Shown in pieces: positions 16,723 to 27,156 of a stretch of 64,000 nt of DNA (positions are counted from its first letter, which is position 1; each line of letters begins with the position of its first letter). Under the pieces are notes generated by a model, which saw nothing but the letters and a program-made list of their open reading frames with translations, ran no database searches and was not told the origin of the DNA. The translations under genes and the position numbers were made by a program. Source of the DNA: the human T2T-CHM13v2.0 reference genome, Homo sapiens; NCBI RefSeq assembly GCF_009914755.1, contig NC_060928.1; one strand, given 5' to 3'.

Positions 16723-16728
16723 TTTAAT
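16723..16728 (-). terminator. TLR1: Candidate TLR1 polyadenylation signal (ATTAAA)
   Basis: ATTAAA on the minus strand ~165 nt after the stop codon. Confidence 0.55.
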
Positions 16729-16891
16729 ACCACATATAAATGGTGAACTGCGACCCGAAGGTATATATTTTTACCTACATCATACACTCACAATTGTGTT
16801 TACATCTATGCTGATGCAAAATAAAGTCATTGTTGGAACTTCCAAAAGCAGCAATATCAACAGGAGGAATATTTTTCACTTGATGTGTAAT

Positions 16892-19252
16892 CTATTTCTT
16901 TGCTTGCTCTGTCAGCTTAATATTAATGGCTGCCCTTAAGTTAGCCCAAAAAAGGCCACGTTTGCTCTTTTCCTTGGGCCATTCCAAATAAGTCCTCCTG
17001 GCCATGAGACTTTTGAGCTTGTGATAACTGCTAGGAATGGAGTACTGCGGAATGGGTTCCAGCAAGATCAGGATTAAGCTATTAGATCCTTCATGAAAGA
17101 GATTGTGATGGGCAAAGTAGAGTTCATAATGGCACCATTCACTCTGGACAAAGTTGGGAGACAAAACAAAGATGGACTTGTAACTCTTCTCAATGCAGGT
17201 GATGATATTTTCCACAATGCTCTTGCCAGGAACAAAGTTTCTCTCATGAAGGCAAATCTGCATACCTTCTTTCTCTAGGTTTGGCAATAATTCATTCTTC
17301 ACCCAGAAAGAATCGTGCCCACTATATGAAATAAATGCATGAAACTGGAGATTTCTTTGGAGTTCTTCTAAGGGTATGTTCCTGGCCCTGCGCCGGGTCT
17401 GGGTCCACTGGCACACCATCCTGAGATACCAGGGCAGATCCAAGTAGATGCAGAGGGAGGTCACAGTCACAGCCAACACCAGCATGGTGGCAACGATGGT
17501 GACGATCAGCAGAGTTATGTTGCAGGATAATTCAGACATGTGAAAGTCCTTTAGTAGGGTTCCTCTATAACTTTCCGGGTAGTCACACTTATAAGAATCA
17601 GGCCAGCCCTCTAACACTTCACTTGATACTTGGTCTATATTTTTGACAAATTCTCCTAGCTCACAGGTACATTGGAATGGATTGTCCCCTGCTTTTATTG
17701 ACCTCATCTTCTGGCAGCTCTGGAAGAAATCAGCTGATGGGTGGGAAACTGAATTGTGATCAATGATCAATACAGAAAGGCTGCTAAAGCTGCCACATCC
17801 AGGAAGGTCAGTTAAAGAATTGAAAGCAACATTGAGTTCTTGCAAAGCTTCCAGTTTTACGACTTGTTTAGGAATGCTCTTTATTTTATTGCTGTGAAGA
17901 TCAAGTACCTTGATCCTGGGAGGTAAACATCTGAAAATAGTGTCAGTAAGTATATTTGAAGACATATTTAAACTTAATAAACTTTTAGTCCAAGAACAGT
18001 CTCCTTTCTTTTCATCATAGCTTACAGAATTCTGGCTAATATCCAATTGTTGCAGAGACTTCATCTGTGTAGTCATTTCAGCTATTTTTGAAAGTTCTTT
18101 TAATTGATTCATTTGTAAAATAAGTGTCTCCAACTCAGTAAGGTGCCCACAATTTTCAAAAACCGTGTCTGTTAAGAGATTATTGGAAAAATCCAAATGC
18201 AGGAACGGGCTAATTTTGGATGGGCAAAGCATGTGGACCATGCGTGTACCAGACACTGTGAAATTTTTGATGTTCATATTCGAAAAGATTTCATAGATAT
18301 AACTTTGCGGAAAACCGAACACATCGCTGACAACTTGGTGTATAGACAAGGCCTTCAAGGAAGTGCCAGAATAATCAAAATCTCTGAAGTCCAGCTGACC
18401 CTGTAGCTTCACGTTTGAAATTGAGAAATACCATACAGTTGTATGCCAAACCAGCTGGAGGATCCTAATGAAAGAATTCCAAGTTGTTTCAATGTTGTTT
18501 AAGGTAAGACTTGATAACTTTGGATTTGTTTGAAGTTTCGCCAGAATACTTAGGAAGTAAGAACATTTGTTATCTTCTAGCACACATTTGATATTAGATA
18601 GTTCCAGATTTGCTACAGTCTTGACTGACACATCCAAAATAAAATGGAATTCTTTGTTTGTGGGGAACACAATGTGCAGACTCTCAGTGTTAAAGTCTTG
18701 AAGGCCCTCAGGGTCTTCTTTTTCCCCATAAGTCTCTCCTAAGACCAGCAAGACCTTGCTGATATTCAAATGAGCAATTGGCAGCACACTAGATTTTTCT
18801 AAGTGTGTGGTGCTCAACCCCAGAAATTTTAGTTGAGACATATTGCCAAACTCTTTGCATATAGGCAGGGCATCAAATGCATTAAATGACAGGTCCAAGT
18901 GCTTGAGGTTCACAGTAGGGTGGCAAGAAATCTTCACCAACTTGTTGTGGGACAAATCCAAGTATTCCAATTCCTGGTTGAATTTGAAAACACTGATATC
19001 AAGATACTGGATTCTATTATGAGAAATTATCAAAATCCTCAGTTTTGACAGTGATAAGATGTCAGAAGTCCAAAGCTCAGATATATAATTTTGCGATATA
19101 TTTAAGATTGTTGTTTTCTGGGATAGGTCTTTAGGAACGTGGATGAGACCGTTTTTTGACCTATCAACTAAAAATTCACTTTCTTCAGATAATTGTATTC
19201 TGATCTGAAGTATTAACATGAAGATAATGGCAAAATGGAAGATGCTAGTCAT
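16892..19252 (-). CDS. TLR1: Toll-like receptor 1 (786 aa): signal peptide, LRR ectodomain, LRR-CT, TM helix, TIR domain; intronless CDS
   Basis: Intact 786-aa [14 protein letters not shown]...KLTEQAKK recognised as human TLR1. Shows LxxLxLSxN repeats, [13 protein letters not shown], and TIR boxes FHAFISYS / [12 protein letters not shown] / LFWANLR. Lipid-channel residues M338 and L360 are present. Confidence 0.99.
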   Translation of the reverse strand: MTSIFHFAIIFMLILQIRIQLSEESEFLVDRSKNGLIHVPKDLSQKTTILNISQNYISELWTSDILSLSKLRILIISHNRIQYLDISVFKFNQELEYLDLSHNKLVKISCHPTVNLKHLDLSFNAFDALPICKEFGNMSQLKFLGLSTTHLEKSSVLPIAHLNISKVLLVLGETYGEKEDPEGLQDFNTESLHIVFPTNKEFHFILDVSVKTVANLELSNIKCVLEDNKCSYFLSILAKLQTNPKLSSLTLNNIETTWNSFIRILQLVWHTTVWYFSISNVKLQGQLDFRDFDYSGTSLKALSIHQVVSDVFGFPQSYIYEIFSNMNIKNFTVSGTRMVHMLCPSKISPFLHLDFSNNLLTDTVFENCGHLTELETLILQMNQLKELSKIAEMTTQMKSLQQLDISQNSVSYDEKKGDCSWTKSLLSLNMSSNILTDTIFRCLPPRIKVLDLHSNKIKSIPKQVVKLEALQELNVAFNSLTDLPGCGSFSSLSVLIIDHNSVSHPSADFFQSCQKMRSIKAGDNPFQCTCELGEFVKNIDQVSSEVLEGWPDSYKCDYPESYRGTLLKDFHMSELSCNITLLIVTIVATMLVLAVTVTSLCIYLDLPWYLRMVCQWTQTRRRARNIPLEELQRNLQFHAFISYSGHDSFWVKNELLPNLEKEGMQICLHERNFVPGKSIVENIITCIEKSYKSIFVLSPNFVQSEWCHYELYFAHHNLFHEGSNSLILILLEPIPQYSIPSSYHKLKSLMARRTYLEWPKEKSKRGLFWANLRAAINIKLTEQAKK

Positions 19253-19319
19253 TTTGGAACACTAGACATTCCTAAAGGTAGAAGCTGTTCTTCAGATCAT
19301 CTTGATACAGATACAGATT
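19253..19319 (-). other. TLR1: TLR1 coding exon: splice acceptor and 67-nt 5' UTR part
   Basis: Acceptor TTTTTTTTCTAG|AATCTG at 19320. Confidence 0.85.
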
Positions 19320-19527
19320 CTAGAAAAAAAATAATGAAATGATGAAATACATTACATACATTTTTAAAATACACGAAATTAGTCATGGCTGACATTAAAC
19401 TTTTTTTTGTTACAGACTTATAAAGTGGAGGCTACATTCTTTTGGGTTACATGGCCTAAAACTAGAGAAGTATATATATTGGTAAATAATGATGCCAGCT
19501 CTAATCAAATAAGTTTTAATATGGATG

Positions 19528-19990
19528 GTGTAATAGGTTGAATGGTGGCTCACCAAAAGATATGTCTACATCTTAACCATGTCCTAATCCCCAGAAACCA
19601 TGAATGTTACCTTCCTTAGAAAAGGGGTCTTTGCAGAGATAATAAAGTTAAGGATCTTGAGATGAGGAGATCATCCCAAATTATCCAGGTGGTCCATAAA
19701 TCCAATGACAAGTGCTTTTTTAAGAGAAAGGCAGAGGGATATTTGACAAAGAGACAAGAGAAGAGGCAATTGAGACACAGAGGAGAAGGCCTTGTGACAG
19801 TGGAGGCAGAGACTGGAGTGCAGCAGCTACAAGGCAAGGAACATCAACAGGCGCCAGAAGCTAGAGGAGGCTCTGGAGTGATGGTGGCCCTGCTGACACC
19901 TTGAGTTTCGACTTCTGCTCTCCAGAACGTTGAGGGCAAAGCCACCACGTTTATGATCATCTGTTACAGCAGCCTCAGGAAACTAATACA
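19528..19990 (+). mobile_element. MLT1C/D-like LTR in TLR1 intron 3
   Basis: TGTAATAGGTTGAAT...GGAAACTAATACA. Confidence 0.8.
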
Positions 19991-20229
19991 GGTGGGTTCA
20001 TAGAAAGTTTTCTGGCCCCAAGCTTCCCAAAATTATTTAGAACTCCAGCTAAGACTCAACTGGTGTACTTTCACTCTTTGACGTGCATCTCCCCATGACT
20101 TTCTCAAGAGGTGTTCCTAATGGTGGTATTGGGACTGCTCTTCTATTACCCTTTATGACCTATACACGGTTTGGGTCTAACTTTGGTCTTACTCAAAAGG
20201 TAATTAGATCCTGATAAAAGGCCTCTCAG

Positions 20230-20800
20230 AAGATCCATTTATTCATCCATTTATTTATTCAACCAGTATTTATTGATCACCTACTGGCCATGTTTTAAGA
20301 ACTGGAGATAGAGCAGTGAACAAGATAAAGTCCGAATTCTCAAGGAGTTTTTATCTAGTGGGGAGACAGAAAATAAATGAATGACTAAACTCAAGTTCCT
20401 GTAGTGATAAGTTCTGTAGAGAAAAATAAAGCAGGGTAAATTGTAGGTATGAGACAGTGCTTGGGGGTGGCTATTTTTGAGTGATTAGTTAGAGAAGGCC
20501 TTTTTGAGATGATGACACTAGAGTAGAAATCAAAATGAAGTGAATGAGTAACCTATGGGAAGATCTGGGTAACCTACAGCATTTCTGGCAAAAGAAAAGG
20601 CAAGTATAAAGGACCTGAGATGGAATTGAGCTTGGCTTGTCTGAGAAGGAACGGGAAGGTCAATGTTAGTAAGGAGTTAGGGAAGATGAGAGGAGTTAGG
20701 GCCAAGATCACTCAGGCTTTGTTGATCATTGCAAGGAGTTGGGATTCTATTCCAAAAATGATGAGAGGGTGGAGAACACTGGGAGGTTTTGAGAAAGGGA
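20230..20800. mobile_element. L2 fragment
   Basis: CATTTATTCAACCAGTATTTATTGA-type L2 3' motifs. Confidence 0.6.
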
Positions 20801-21277
20801 GTTGTTTCCTCCTCTCTCTTATTCAGAATACTTTTTTCATTCATTCATCAAATATGTATTTATTCTCCATGCAGTGGTAGGCACTGTTCTAGGTTATGCC
20901 TATTGTACCAGTATTCAAACTGCTCTAGCTAAGACACCATTTTGTGGTCAGCATTCCAGTGGCGTATGAGAACAGAGGGAGCTGTGTTGGGATGAACTCT
21001 AGAGTGTGCAGTCCTCACCTCCAGAGACCCTTTCAGCCGTGATTACACAGCTACCCAGTTCTCACAAGGAACTTATTCAAAATCCCCTAGAACCATTAGA
21101 CAAGCAGGGCATTAGTATCAGCAAAGCACCAAATTCCTCTTCACATATCCCCTCCCATATCTCAATGAGCACAGAGAACCTAAATAATTTAGCTGCTACA
21201 AACAACCCTCGGTTACAAAAGTTCCCCAATTTAGATGTGCAAACTTATCTGGGTTTTGGAGCCTTCCTTGGACTTAC

Positions 21278-21369
21278 CCTTTTGTAGGGGTGCCCAATAT
21301 GCCTTTGTTATCCTGATTTCTTCTAACAAGGAAGAGGGCCTGGTACCCCTATTAGTGTTCATGAAGACC
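21278..21369 (-). other. TLR1: TLR1 non-coding exon 3 (92 nt)
   Basis: Acceptor TTCCTTGCTCAG|GGTCTT at 21370 and donor AAAAGG|GTAAGT at 21277. Confidence 0.85.
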
Positions 21370-21531
21370 CTGAGCAAGGAAGATGATGCAGACATTAATG
21401 TTCATGTTAAAAGTCAAGGTGGTGTTTTTATGACATTAACTGTGTTTGGCTGAAAGACCCGGAAATTTCCCAATTCTTCCTCTCCAGCTTCCTTAAAGAG
21501 CTACTCACACAAGGAGCAATATTTCAATGGA

Positions 21532-21882
21532 TGTTATAGCTTGAATGTTTGTGCCCTGTGAAATTCTTATGTTGAAATCCTAACCCCCAAGGTGATGGTA
21601 TTAGCAGGAGAAAATTGTGAAGTAATTAGGTCATAAGAATAGAGCCTTTATGAGTCAGATTAGTACCTTTATAAAAAAGACCCCAGAGAGCCTCAGGCTG
21701 TCATTCTGCCATGTGAAAATACAAGAAGGAGGCATCCGCAAACCAGAAGAGGGCCTTCGCCAGAACCCAACACTACCACCCTGATCTTAGACTTCTACCT
21801 TCCAGAACTGTGAAAAGTAAGTGTCTGTTGTTTATAAGTCACCCATTCTGGTACTTTGTTACGGCAATTTAAACAGACTAAA
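21532..21882 (+). mobile_element. MLT1A/MSTD-like LTR in TLR1 intron 2
   Basis: TGTTATAGCTTGAATGTTTGTG...CAGACTAA. Confidence 0.75.
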
Positions 21883-22322
21883 ATAATGGGAATAAAAATA
21901 ATACCCTGGGGCAGTGCCAAGCTAGGTCGAAGCAAAAGTGGCCTGGTCTTAAGGCCTAAGTGGGGTTCCCTGCTTATTCCTATGCCTGAATCCAGATCAA
22001 GGCTCTTTCCACCTCCTAGCCAACTCCAGAGTTCATGGAAGCAGTGATCAGCACTGTCAGGCGTGGTATTCAAAAGTGATCAGAGGCACACAGGACCCCG
22101 TGCATGAGTGCGAGAGCTTGGCTCGCAGAACCTACCACACGCAAGATGAAAGTTGTCCTTTTTCCCTTAACAACAGCTATCATCACAAAAATATATAAAT
22201 TTATATAACTGCCTGCCCCCAAGTGTTAGAGTAGGTACTTAGGCAGACATGAGCAGGACAGGAGAGGGGCCCCCCAACCAGGAATATCAGGTGACCATCA
22301 GGTGATGATCAGGCAGTTGTTA

Positions 22323-22680
<358 letters not shown>

Positions 22681-23130
22681 TCAGGGAAAGTCAGTCTCCT
22701 AATAGATAGAAAACACACCTGAAGCTGGTGGTTAGCAGACTCCTGACAAACTCTCAGGAGCTGGGCAAGCAGGCTTGAGCATGCATACCAAGAGGCAAAA
22801 TGGCGGACTTCAACGGGTATGTGACCTTCCTCTAGGAAGACTTGTCTGGCAAGGGAAAAATGTCTCCAATGAGCATGTACACAACTTCAGTAAACACAGT
22901 GTGTGTGCAGCCCATCCCAAGGGCTGGCAGGCCACTGCACATGCAGACAGCCCACCCCAAGGGAAGAATCAGGGGAGAAGAGACGCAAGACTCCAGAAGC
23001 CTGCCAACAAATAAGCCCCAAGTAATAGGTTAAACTGGGCACTTGGATCTCTCAAGTTGCCCACTTGGCCCTCCTCCAAGTGTACTTTATTTCCTTTCGT
23101 TCCTGATCTAAAACTTCTTAATAAACTCTC

Positions 23131-23718
23131 TGTAAGGAATATGGCTGTGCTTTGGTCAAGGATAGGCCAAGGTAAACATCCAGAGTGACTCAGCGAGTTT
23201 AGAGTGCAGGCGTATAACTCACTTTTTATCATAGCCATGTAGACATAACATAGAGAAGCTTACCATAGCCATAACATAGGGAAGGTTCATCCCTTGGCTC
23301 TAAGCCACTATTGTCCGTAAATGGTATAATTGCCCTGCTGACGCTGTACAGGTGCATTGGCAGCCAGAGAAAGAGAGAGAGAGAGAGCCAAAGCTGTCCA
23401 TCTTTGCAGATGGACTGAGGGGAGCCAGGACACAGCTCGGCTTGCTTGTACCCAGAGAGAGAAAGAGTTAAGCTGCTGACCCTGAGGGCAAGGGAGAGCC
23501 GGACGCACAGTTGTGTGTGGAAGCTGCCGAACTAAGCAGCCAGGACAAGGCGGACAGTCTGAGAGAACTACTGTAAGTAAGCTGCTAATGAGAGCTGTTG
23601 CTGAATAAAATCACCTTTCACCTGCCTACGGCCCCCTGAGTGTTCTTTCAGCTATCTGCTCATCCACCCCCTCCCCTCAGACCTCAGTATGGGCTGGAAC
23701 CTGGCCCTGGGCGTGACA
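23131..23718 (+). mobile_element. LTR18-like (ERVL) solo LTR
   Basis: TG...CA ends, 5-bp TSD CTCTC (23126-23130, 23719-23723) and internal AATAAA. Confidence 0.75.
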
Positions 23719-24726
23719 CTCTCTCTCTTACTCTAAAACTTGCCTCGGTCTCTCACTCTGCCTTATGCCCCTCACACAAATTCTTTCCACTGAGGAGGCA
23801 AGAATTAAGTTTCTACGACCCATATGGATTCACCACTGCTAACGCAAGCATTTAATGAAAGCATAGCTTCAGTTTTATGTCGAGCTAAATTAATTGACTC
23901 AAATATCTTCTATTTGCCTAACCTCCATCTTGCCCTTTCATTTAAAGTCATTAATTTTAAGTACTCAGTTTATGAAACCATTCTTATTTCTATAATTAAG
24001 AAATCAAAATGTTATACACAGGAATAACTGATTTTTAATACTTCCAGGATCTTTGAATTTTATATACCAAACTTGCTAAATCCATGAAAATCAATGTCTC
24101 AGTTTCCTAGACCAAAGAATTTTTTGATCAACGTCTTAATGACCATGACTGAGCCTCATCTATTTTAGAACCTTTAAACTCTTTTACTATCCAAAAAATA
24201 AGCTGAGCAGAAAAGGATGCTTTAATTTGAAAGTGTAAAATGCCTCTAGGTGAGCTTCTGTGAATTTTCATTATTATGATAGGTTTAGTCTCACATTATA
24301 TGATACAATGAATCAATACATTTAATTTGTCTTCTTTTGGAGACTTTGGAGGCATCAAATCAAGGCTTTGACTGGTCTTAATGGACAATACCCATACAAT
24401 CTATCTGGCCCATTAAGTTTAGTCCTGTAAATATTTACTAAGGGCCTTCTCTGCACAAGACCAAATAGCTATTAACCAAAGGTTAAAAGAATCTGAGACA
24501 GTTCAAGAACTGTTCTGCTTTGCTTTCTATGCGGTTTTGTGAACTCTTGCTTTGTTATAAAACAAATTCACTTTCAAGTCTTTTGACCAAATTGGATGTA
24601 GCCTGGGAAACATTTTCAAAACCTGCAATTCTACCTCACGTCTAGCTCCCCAGAACAGTGTTAGTGGCCTGAGAAACAGAAGGACTAGCTAGTGGGAAGG
24701 CCCCAGAGAGAAAAACTGAAACAAAC

Positions 24727-24803
24727 CTGGCCACAAAAACACAAGAGCTGAACAGCAGCATTGCCTCCGGGAGTAACTGACTCATATCTCATTTTCTTTA
24801 ACA
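24727..24803 (-). other. TLR1: TLR1 non-coding exon 2 (77 nt)
   Basis: Acceptor TTCTCAG|TGTTAAAG at 24804 and donor GGCCAG|GTTTGT at 24726; matches the recalled mRNA. Confidence 0.85.
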
Positions 24804-25174
24804 CTGAGAAGAGAATACGAATGGCGGGATTAGGTGAAGAGAAATGCTGTCAAAATCAACAACTAGCAGCTGCTCTGGAAGAAAACCAGAAGACGCGTGT
24901 GACCCAAATATTCATTTCCCAACTCAAAAATATTTCCTATAAGCAAATCACACACGAGGTGTTATTCCCAGAGGAGTGTGGGGACTTTCTCTGATTTAGT
25001 ACTCAGAACTGATACACAAATGCCAGTACAAACTACACAGTAACTATATACATATCAGAAATATAACCCACTTAGAAAAACACCCAGGACTTACACAGAT
25101 TTTTGAGACTTCTGTACTTAATAACTAGCTATACAATTATTTTCTTTTACAAAAGAAAAGAATGTGTTGCTTAC

Positions 25175-25212
25175 CAAGACAACCTGCTTGTCTGTTCCAT
25201 TTGGCAGTCTGT
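25175..25212 (-). other. TLR1: TLR1 non-coding exon 1 (5' end approximate)
   Basis: ACAGACTGCCAAATGGAACAGACAAGCAGGTTGTCTTG|GTAAG, donor at 25174; matches the recalled TLR1 mRNA start. Confidence 0.8.
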
Positions 25213-26180
25213 AAGAAATTCAAGCACTTCCTTGAAGATTTATTTCACTGTTAACCACATTTGATGTTGAAAACAAAACAAAACAAAAAGGCTGTTTTAT
25301 GCCACCTACCGAATTCCACTGGAATTACATTACATAGTTAAGAATAAACTTATTTTCTCTTATTCATATGTAGCATAGTCTGTGGGTTACCTGATAGGCC
25401 TGTATTAAAATAGAATCACGTTTCTATGGTTCCAAATTTCACTACAGTCAGTTTACTATTGTCTACACTGATGAAGTAAATGAGGTAATGTTAATAATCC
25501 ACAGATCATAATTGGCTGAATTCAAAATGCTTACCGTGGTGGCTATGCTTGGCAGAAGTGTGCGTCTGGGTGTGTTTCGGCTGCTTTGTTTTTCCTCTTG
25601 CCTTTTCATCCATCCACTATTAAAAGTGAAAAGAGGGAGGGGTCGAGATTAAGGTTTTGCTGAAGCACACTCGTAAAGAGGGAAGATCATTCATGTGCTG
25701 GTTACAGGATGGATGTTAATCACGTCTTTTTTGACAAGTTGATTTTCAGAGAAAATTTGGTGCTGAATTTTTTTCCACTGATCTTTTCAAGCTTTCTTCA
25801 AAACATATTTTTGTAAACCCTAAGTGAAAAATATGCTAAGAAGAAAAGAGATTCTTAGCGTGTTTTTCACATAGGGTTTATAAAAATCCTGGGGTTTGTT
25901 GACAGCATGTTCAAGGAAGACATTCTGATAGCTCTACTCTTGCCTTTTCCAGTAATGACAACAACAAAATAACAACACAATAAATGGGCAAATAAAGCTA
26001 TGGGATTCCAGCTGACTGCCTCTGAAGTTGATCTCAGCCTGCATGGTGTCCAGTCAAAACCGGATGTGGGGATGACAAAACTGCCTCCCTTCCTTCCCTC
26101 CACGGTTCTCTCCCGTAATCAGCTTTTCTGCCACACAGCGAGCAAGGCCAACTTCCCTAAACTAATAAATGCTGAGATTC
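25213..26180 (-). promoter_or_regulatory. TLR1 promoter region with ETS/PU.1 and IRF-like motifs
   Basis: Apparently unique DNA upstream of exon 1, with CACTTCC (GGAAGTG) at 25225-25231, AAAAGTGAAA at 25622-25631 and CCGGATGT at 26061-26068. Confidence 0.55.
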
Positions 26181-26748
26181 TTTTCGACTTATAATGTTCT
26201 GACTGTCTCTCTCTGTTTCCCCTTACCTCAGAATTTGTTTAATAGAGGAAATATGTTATGTCTACAGATATTTTCTGAAACTGAAAGAATGAAACCACCC
26301 ACCTGCCATTTCCTCCCTGAGACCCATAACTGGACAGGAGGGAGGTGTCTTTGACTAAGAATTTAGTTCCTGGCTCCCAAAGGCATTGACTTTGTGAATC
26401 CAGGCTGAGGGAGCAATGCCCAGGGGAGGGAAGTGGGCAGGGCAGTAAGGGAAGCTCCTCAGCACTCTGAATTCCTGTTTTTCCCCACAGACTCATCCCC
26501 ACTACTCCCAGTTGTGTACATGATTACAAGTGTGTGTGTCTCTGCCCACCCCTAGCCCATACCTGGGCATTTCTTTTTGGATTCAGGGCAGTAAAAATAT
26601 GCTGTCAATTAGATGTAATCTGTAGTTAGTTGTGTTTTTTTTTTAACAAAACCTTACTGATATATAATTCACAAACCATAAAAAATTTCACCTTCCATAA
26701 AAAATTTCACAAACCATAAAAAATACACCCGTTTAAAGTGTATAATTC

Positions 26749-27064
<316 letters not shown>

Positions 27065-27156
27065 AAAGTGTCTAATTCGGAGGCACCTACCTGCCTCTTT
27101 TTCCCCCTGCTGTCCAGTGGGTCACCACAGAACAAACACACACTTGTAATCATGTA

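Noticed and set aside
17093-17278. Antisense 61-aa ORF repeated at 47437-47622
   Set aside because: The similarity is a by-product of TLR1/TLR6 TIR identity on the other strand.
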